Positions 55,869 through 64,000 of a stretch of DNA of 64,000 nucleotides are shown here, piece by piece. The stretch lies in assembly GCA_004764695.1 (NCBI GenBank), contig SMSO01000031.1:2890436-2954435 (forward strand), written 5' to 3'. Each line of letters opens with the position of its first letter. Within the stretch, counting starts at the first letter, position 1. Both the position numbers and the translations under genes were made by a program. Below the pieces are notes generated by a model. That model was not told the DNA's origin, searched no databases, and saw only the letters and a list, made by a program, of their open reading frames with translations. The stretch is from Schizochytrium sp. TIO01 (Eukaryota; Protista; Bigyra: Labyrinthulomycetes).

Positions 55869-58800
55869 TCTCTAATGGCGAGGTCTCGGTGACAGATCTT
55901 AGTTGCCGCGAGTGATCTCAATTTCGGGTTTGCTGCTCTGATTTCTTTGCTTTTCTTTCTTTTCCTTTTTTGTTAGAAGTAAACAAATTCTTTCTTCTTT
56001 TCTTTATCGACTCACCTACGAGCCTGCGCTTGTTTCCAAAAGTATAAATCGCAATATACTTTCTCCTATTCTTCCTTCTTTCTTCTGTTAATTATTAAAA
56101 ACAAAAAGAAAGAAAAAGAAAGAAAAGAGAGAAGAAACTTAAGTGGTTTGAAAGCGCGCTTTTGCAAGCAAATCGTCCAACAAAAGAAAGGCTTCAAGTT
56201 CCTTTCTCGCTCCCTCAGTCGCTCACTTCTTCCTTCTCTCTTACTATTTCCTTTCTCTGCTGCCCTTTCGTGAGGGATTGCGAAAGTAACAAGACTAGAG
56301 GGAGTTGTTGAGCCAAAAAAAGAAAGGAAACAGGCGCTGAGCCAGGAGCGGCCTTTGTACAGTAGGCGCTAGCAGGGCCTACCGAGTCCTTCTCTCTTCT
56401 TTCTTTCGCCTCTCTGTCTGTCCCCTCGGCTTTGTTCGCACTTCTCTTTCTTGCTGCGAATTATTTGCTCCTTATTTAGGCCTTTGGCTTCTGGCTTTTG
56501 GCGAGTGTTTGGTGTTTGCTTGGCTTTCTTGACTTCCTGGTCCCTGCTTTTACTAGGCTTTCTGTGTATTTCTCTGTATATTTGATTGTTTATTGGTTTG
56601 TTTGTTTGTTTGTTTGTTTGTTTCTGTCTGTCTGTCTATCTGCCTTTCTCCGTAGCCTCTACTTATGCCAAATGCTAAGTCAATCTCGGTGTGTTTGAAG
56701 AGTATTAAAAAAAAAACACAAATTGAAAGGACTTATGAGTGATTTTTGTTTTGTTTTGTTTTGTTTGTTTTGTTTTGTTTCGATTCGATGGGCGGGCTGT
56801 TTAGAGCCTCCTAGTCGTAAATCTAGGATGCTGTTTGGCGAGCGAGCAAACTTCTTTTGTGCGCAAAAGGACCTAAGCAGACCGCAGGTTCTTTCTCTCT
56901 TTCTTCTCTCTTTCTTCCCATCTTCCGTGCTTCTTTGTCGTCCTCCTTTTTCTACCATTCTCATTGCTCCTTTTAATCAAAACAACAACAACAACAACAA
57001 CAAAAACCAAAAGGAAACATTTCATTATTCAAAAATAAATTAGGCATGTTATAAAATAGTGAATTTATATATATAAATAATATGGCTTCTTCTTTCCATG
57101 AAAAGATGAAACAAAGAATGAACGATGAATGAATCAAGAGACAAAGTAAAGCGCCCGTGCCACAGAAGAAGCACCTCGTCTCGTGCCGATCGATGGCGAG
57201 TTCTGTATTATGCGTAAATGCGCTCTATGAGCGAGGGAGAGGGCGCCTTTAGCAAGCAGTTCAGAGTTGGCCAGAGATAAAGGGCCCGCAATTAAAGGAG
57301 TCCTTTCTCTGCCTGGTAAGTTTGTCCAGGTCTATCCTTTGCCTCGGCTAGTTAACTCTTCTCTCTCCCTTTTATTGAAATAATTTATCATTTATTATAA
57401 TATCATTTATTATTTAGTTTTTAGTTTTATAAAAAACTTCTATGTGCTGCTGTGTTTCAAAGAAAGAAAATAAACAGACGAAACAAACACGCGAACAGCA
57501 GTTGGCGGATTCGAATAAATTTTGCTCGCTACCTTGGGACCTTCGCGTCCTTCCTGGGTCTTATCGCTTTCACCTCCAGAAAGACGCCTCTTCGATCTCT
57601 CCTCCGTCGCTCTGAGCATCTCCTCCCTCTACAAGCCGTCCAGAGGCGACTCTCAATCAAGGAGCTTGGCCCATCCCGAGTTGTGGCGACCTCTTCTCTG
57701 TCATTCATTCTGTTCTCTCAGTGAAAATTCATATCTCTGTTTAAAGAACGTGCTGAGAGATCGAGTTAGAAGATGTGCTTTTAATGAAAGAGAGGCAAAA
57801 CAGCAACTGATTATTTTAATTTTAATTTTAAATAAAATTAAAAATAAAAAAAATATTGTTGTTGTTGTTATTATTACAAAGTACAGCAAAAAGCACGACT
57901 CGAGGAGATCGATGGATTGCGGATGCCAAGGCGGCAGGTCTGCTTGCCGCTCCGGCACGTCCCAAGCAGGCTGCGGGAGCTTTGAGGGGCCTTATCGCGC
58001 GGCTTGGGCAGCCTTTTGTTTGCCTCCCGGTCCGCATCATTTCTTCATTTCACTTCATTTCATGGCTGGCGGTCTGTTTATTGTTTGACTCTATTCTTAT
58101 CCATTCTGTCTGTCTGTCTGTCAAGTTGAGTGGGGATCGCACTCATCTCATGTCTCATTAGCTGGCGCCTACTTGAAGATTATTTTGAATATCATTTTTT
58201 TAAAACTTGACGAGTTAGATGGTGGATCAAAAAGTATTCTTCTTTCTTTCTTACTTTCTTTGTTTTTCTTCACTTGGCTTCTTGGCTTTTCTTTTCTTTT
58301 CTTTCATCTTCTCCCTCTTTAATCCCGCTCGTCTGTTTGTTTCAAAGTCACCCCGGGTCTTGTATTCTTTGGTGCGGCCTCTTTCTTTTCTCTTTCTTTC
58401 TCTTTTCTTTTGCTTTTCTTCATCACAAAAAGTGAGGTCCTTCTTCATGTAAATAAGTTTCTTTTCTCTTGATGCTATTAGAGGTACTGACTGATACTAC
58501 CTACTAGGCAGCTACTGCCTAAAGTGACCTCAGGAGACCGTTCACGTTAGAGTCCTATACTTTCGAATAGGGGGGGCTATTGGCGTCTGAGAGTCTCTCT
58601 GTCTCCTGGCCTGCTTCCAAAAAGCCGCGGTATAAGCGGCGGAAGCACAGCGATGAGTCAACGTGGAGTGAGAACAGAACAGCAACCGCAGAATAGAATA
58701 CAGCGATAAGCAAGGACGACTGAAAACGTGCCTGTGTAAGAAGAAAGCACGAAAGCTGGCTGAGCAGACAGCGGCCTTTTTCTCTGCTAGTCCAAGGGTG

Positions 58801-60575
58801 AAAACGCAGAAATTTTGATATTATATGATCTGATCTGATGATTAAATCATAACAATGATTGAGTGGGTTTGTGTCAAATCACATTAGACCAATCAATGTA
58901 CTATTTACTGATTGAAGCTCCTCAACTTCGACACTTCTCTCCATCGAGCGAAACAAAACTGATCTTAGTAAAAAAATATTACATTGAAAAAAAACAAAAA
59001 AAAACACCATAAACAGAAACTTTTCTCATTCAAATGGTAGGTAGTTACGTAGACCCTTAGGAGTGTCTTTTTAATTTAAAAAAGAGCGATGGAGTGGGTC
59101 TTTTGCTTGCTTAGCGTTATTACGAAGAGATTGCATAGCTTCTTCCTGTCCGTCTTTGCGCTCGCTTACTACCTACTATGATGGTTCTACTTGCTGCTAG
59201 CCAGCGAAGACAGTGCAATTTAGATGGAACAGTGCCTACATCCATGGAGGTCGCGCTTTTGGCTTTGAGGCTTGAAGATAACTTACTGTTCGTTCCTTAA
59301 TTCTTCACGCAGGGCCCCTTTGAGACTTGAGGTTGGATCGCAACTAGTTCCCAAGTTCCATACAGCGATCACGAACAGGATTGCAATCACATCGGAGCTC
59401 CGGTGCAACATTTTCAACATTGCAAATATTTCCATTTTCGACGATAATGAACGACTCGGTATCATCAATCGATTGATTTTCATCTCTACGCCATTTCTCT
59501 CAGTCAGTCTCGCAAACTCTAATAATGCAAGAGTTGTTTACATTGACAATCTAACTGACCACTTTGCTTGCTTTTTGATTAATTGACTGGATATGCGGCG
59601 GCGTCCTTGAGAGCGGAAAAGAGCGATCGACCATTGTGACGCATGAGGACCTCAGCAACGCGGTTTCTTCAGGTTCTAACTCTGACCCAAAACTGAGTGC
59701 GAGACAAAATCAACAAGCAAAGAAGTAAATGCGCGAATGAGTGAGTGAGTGAATAAATGAATAAATGGATGGATGACTTGGTTACCTTTTCATTCCTCAA
59801 AGAGAAGATCTGCCTGCAGTAAACAGAAGTAACTCAATCAATCAATCAATCGATCAACCAACCGATCGCATCAAAAACCCACGCGCAGTTCGAACATCCC
59901 AAAAGCGATCAGTCAATCAAATCAAGGAAGCAAAGCGTCCTTCTTTCCACATCTTTCCGTGGTTGCCACAGCATCAGTGAACCTATTCTCAATCAATCAA
60001 TCAATCAATCAACAACGCATTCGCCTTACAAACAAGACTGATAACGAATGAGAGAATTAGTTAATTGGTTATCTACTTTTAAAATTCACTGACCAGGTGG
60101 CTGGCTGACGGACTGGGGAACTTATTCTCTAGCCAGCGCCTAGGCACTGCTAGCGGCTGGGGCAGCGGTCTCTTTAGCTCTTGGATGACTCTTGAGCTCT
60201 TGAAAGCCCCACTGAGACTGATTGATACGTACGTACGTATGTACAGCGTCTGTTCCAGCGCTCGTGCTCCTTCGCACACAACAGCCTCAGTAAGACGGAG
60301 ACAGACAGCCACAGAGAGGCCCATTCGTTGGCTGCTGCCTGCCTATCCACGGAGGCTCTCTCTCCTGGAGAGCAAAACAAAGAGGCAAGGAAGGCGAAGA
60401 GAGATGATTGATTCATTGATTGAATGATTCATTCATTCATTCATTGTTGAGCGCGAGAACTCCTCTCTACAAGCAGAACGAGGACTTTTAGCTTCGGCTG
60501 GCTATAGGTGGGTGCTAGTGTTTAGGATAGGAGGGCAGCGGGTTGGGAGGCATTGCAAATGTGGATGATATCGAA

Positions 60576-60602
60576 AGAGAGAGAGAGAGAGAGAGAGAGA
60601 GA
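60576..60602 (+). repeat. (AG)n microsatellite
   Basis: Directly visible. Confidence 0.92.
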
Positions 60603-60896
60603 CCACTCGAACAACGAGAACGACGGGTGACCGACCGATGAGTCGAGGAGTCAGCTGATGAGAAGGACACGAGCGAAACAGTCAAACAGTCAGTGAGGCT
60701 GGGTGATGGGTCAACCTGTCGGATGGAGGGTAGCCGGGCAGAATAAAGCGACAGAGGTCTCGCGCAGGCCTCACGCCTTCGACTTTACAGGTTGACGAGA
60801 GAATCAATCAGGATATCCGAGCAAAAGAGCGAAGGAGCAAAAGAGCGACAGAATTGATCGTGGTCTCGCTCACAAAAGGTAGCGCAGTTAAACAAG

Positions 60897-60941
60897 TAAC
60901 TAACTAACTAACTAACTAACTAGCTAGCTAACTACCAACTG

Positions 60942-60988
<47 letters not shown>
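60897..60988 (+). repeat. Compound microsatellite (TAAC)6-(TAGC)2 ... (GTCT)~12
   Basis: Directly visible. Confidence 0.92.
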
Positions 60989-63022
60989 CAGGGAAAGAAA
61001 ACGGATTGTACTTGCAAATCACAAATCATGTCACAAAGCGAGGCTGCCAAATAAGGCGCGGGCCAACGCCTCGCCCTGGGCTCGCAAATGCCTTTAAACA
61101 GCGCAAGCTTCTTCATCAACGCCAGTGGCTCAAGTGCATCCACCCAAAGCACCTACCAGTTCTGACATTTTTCTATTTTAATTTTGTTTTACAATCTAAA
61201 AATAATAATCAGGCATAATAACAGATTATATATGTTTTATACCCTGGTAAAATCACACAGGAAAAAATGAACCTGGGAGTCAGAAAACAGCGACGGGTCG
61301 GGGAGGCTACCCACCCCTATTGTTTACCATAGGAGGGCACACCCGTGAAGACACGGCTGAAGCCAGCAAGCCGGCCGGACTTGGGTGCCGAGAAAGAAAG
61401 AGAGACAGACACATACATTATCAGTGGGTAGCTGGCCTCGCAAACGGAACAGAACAGGGTGGAACAGCCACAAAGCCATGACGGTGTAGGAGAGCCAAAG
61501 AAGAGAAGAGGGGAGAAAAGAAAAGATAGAGAGACCTTGCACGACTGCTGCCGTGTGCGGGTTCCCCAGGCAAGCAGCTCGAAGCAGCATGAAGTGGTCT
61601 GGCCGCTCCGGCAGCTCGCTCTTTCTTCGTGTCGTCCTTCTGCTCCGGTCAGCTCTTGAATTTGCTGTGCTGCGGTTGCCTGCCTGCGATGGAGATAGGC
61701 CCCGGGGCCCGGGTCCTCTGCTCGCGGTTTTCTGCCCGGGCCTCTGCTCGCTGCTCGCCACGCTCGTCTGCGAACGGTCACAGACAGTTCGTCGTTGCTG
61801 CGTCGCGGAATTGGGGGTGTGCGCCTGCCTGACTGCCTGCCTGCCTGCCTGCGCAAAGAGCGAGAGCAAAGAGCGAGCAAGAGCTCGCTCGCCTTCTTGG
61901 CCCGCCGTTCGTTCTTCTGCGCGATCGCGTAGTGGAACGCGAAGCCAGGAGACAGCGAGAGAGTAGCGAGTAGTAGCTAGTGTCTTTATCTGGCTGGCTA
62001 CCGGTAACTTCTACGGAAGTGAGAGGGTTGGTTAGTTAGCTAGACGCGCCTAGTCGCTGTCTACTCACTACCTACTACTATGGGAAAGTGGCTTTTTGAG
62101 CAATGAAAGATAGTGAGCGAGTTGACACCGTTCGCTGTCTTCTCTGATCTCTTCCTTTCATGGTGCGCTTTCCTCTTTCCCACTTTTTCTTTTTTCACTC
62201 TTAGTGTTATACCCACGTGATCTATTAAGTGTTGATTGAAAACCTGTTTTTACATTTGAAAGGTATTTTCGATTAATTGTGAGAAGAACTACTTCAAGTT
62301 AAACAAGAACAGCTGGTAAGGGTTTAGAGCGCATGCTCAGTCTTTCTTGCTTTGCTTGGTCAGTGATCGTTGAGCCTGATTAGGTCTGAAGGCGAGGGGC
62401 TTATGAGGGTCATGCGGGCGGCTTGAAGACATGAAAAGCGCCAAGTGTTCGTTCCCCTGCCAGGAGGTTTTTAGTAAAACTGCGAGAATCTATGAGCAGT
62501 AAAAAAAGTGCGATGAGAAGAAAAGAAGAGCTATGACCCATATTTTAGTCTCAGAAGAATGGGAAGGAGGCCAATTCTCACTCTTTCTTTTATTTTGTTC
62601 TGTTTCGAGATCGTTGGCTTAAACTTTTTTTTTAAATTTAAATATAAAACAAGTTTTAAAAGAAGAGAAGGAAAGGAAAGGAAAGAGAAAGAACTCTTTT
62701 AGCTTTTGTGCATTCCGATGATTTGAATAAGCATATCATATAAAATAAAGGAGAAGAACATAATTCCAAGGTTTCAAGGTGAGGTTGTATTGGTATAGTG
62801 GGCATGCCAGAGAGCTTTTGTTGCGCCTAATCGTCAATCTCTGCTTTCTGCGGGGAACCCGCTCATATGTATGTCCTTCTAAGGAGGCCGTTTTCAAGCG
62901 GACACCCATTTATCATAGCTAGCGTCGCAAGCAGCCTCGCGGTTTTCTGCCACTTGGTTTGCTGGCAGGCCGGCCAGCCTCGCTCTTTTCTCTTTTCTCT
63001 TTTCTCTTTTTTATTTTAAATA

Positions 63023-63025
<3 letters not shown>

Positions 63026-63061
<36 letters not shown>
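63026..63061 (+). repeat. (TTA)12 microsatellite
   Basis: Directly visible. Confidence 0.92.
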
Positions 63062-63063
<2 letters not shown>

Positions 63064-63815
63064 TTTACTTGTTCTATTTTCTCCCCCTTGTTTTGTTTCT
63101 CTTTCAAAGAACCTCGAAAACCTTTTTTCACTTAAAAAAATAAATCAATTGAAGGTCATAAGAGTAAGAGGAGCGCTTGTCGTCGCAGTTTTTAAATATG
63201 ATTTATTCATGTGTCGGTATATTCCTTTTTACTTAAAAACATGTTTTAAAATAGAAATCATAATTCTGGTTCCTGAGTGCCGAGACTCCGTATATTTCTT
63301 TCTGCCTTTCCATGTTTGTGGCATGTGATACATACTGCACCCATCATCCACATCGCTCACTTGTGACTGTCTTCGTTCCTCCTCCCCCTAGTCCTCCAAC
63401 TCATTGCTTGATCTGTTGGAGATGTGGCTGGCACGTTTGCCTGTCTCCCATCGCTTGGACAGACAGTTTCCCCCATTCGTTGCCAATCGCAAAGACTTCG
63501 CTTTCCTGCTTTTCCCCCCTTTGAAATGAAAAGGCGCCATACTTGAGCGGCAAAGCATGCACGCTCCAAAAGCAGGCTTGCTCTGATCAAGTTGAAGCGA
63601 CTTAATCAAATCGAGCCTCGCCAATCAAGGTGAACTTGGCTGATACACCCCACCACCACCTCAATCAAGGCCAATGACCCGCTCATCATCGGCAGTGTTG
63701 TTTTCCGCTCCTCCTCGCGTAGTCGGCCTAGGTACGGTTCGTCTCTGCTTCTGCTTTGTATAGGCAGCCAAGTCAACTTCGCTCTCTTCGTTGTTCCTTC
63801 TCCTCCTCCTTACTT

Positions 63816-63846
63816 TCATTCATTCATTCATTCATTCATTCATTCA
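63816..63846 (+). repeat. (TCAT)n microsatellite, ~7-8 units
   Basis: Directly visible. Confidence 0.88.
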
Positions 63847-63940
63847 AACTCAAAGACACGGAAAGAAAGGAACCTCCGCAACGCGGTTCCAATACTGAGG
63901 GAAGAAGCTTTATCGCCCTTTTCGAAGCGATTGGGCAAAC

Positions 63941-63973
<33 letters not shown>

Positions 63974-64000
63974 AGAACGATGTGATTATTCTGACGAGGA

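Noticed and set aside
56498-58452. Several 65-188-aa ORFs rich in F/L/K
   Set aside because: They are translations of poly-pyrimidine/purine tracts and microsatellites, mostly with non-ATG starts.
61317-61966. Overlapping 137-187-aa ORFs on both strands in a GC-rich patch
   Set aside because: They are R/S/A/C-rich with embedded GCCT repeats and non-ATG starts, more consistent with a promoter/5'UTR-like GC island than with coding sequence.

Overview
Eukaryotic nuclear DNA with intron-poor genes and microsatellite-rich, AT-rich spacers. A thraustochytrid/labyrinthulomycete-like stramenopile is my best guess, by inference only. The first ~34 kb is gene-dense: a 3'-truncated Kelch-repeat gene missed by the ORF track; a coiled-coil ORF overlapping a PhyH-like Fe(II)/2OG dioxygenase ORF in the +1 frame; NPL4; a secreted protein with four PFU-like repeats; an 8.4-kb single-ORF DMXL/Rabconnectin-3alpha/Rav1 gene; RCC2/TD-60; a two-exon DASH-complex Dad1 gene reconstructed by hand; a zinc-ribbon+PDZ+Tubby protein; an AGC kinase; and a squalene synthase with an N-terminal rather than C-terminal membrane anchor. 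The remaining ~30 kb is a near gene desert. It holds one poly-Q protein gene, many simple repeats and an AT-rich block (~39.2-46.9 kb) with heavily decayed Ty1/copia-like fragments. I found no tRNA, rRNA or CRISPR. All family assignments come from motif recognition by eye; no database searches were run.
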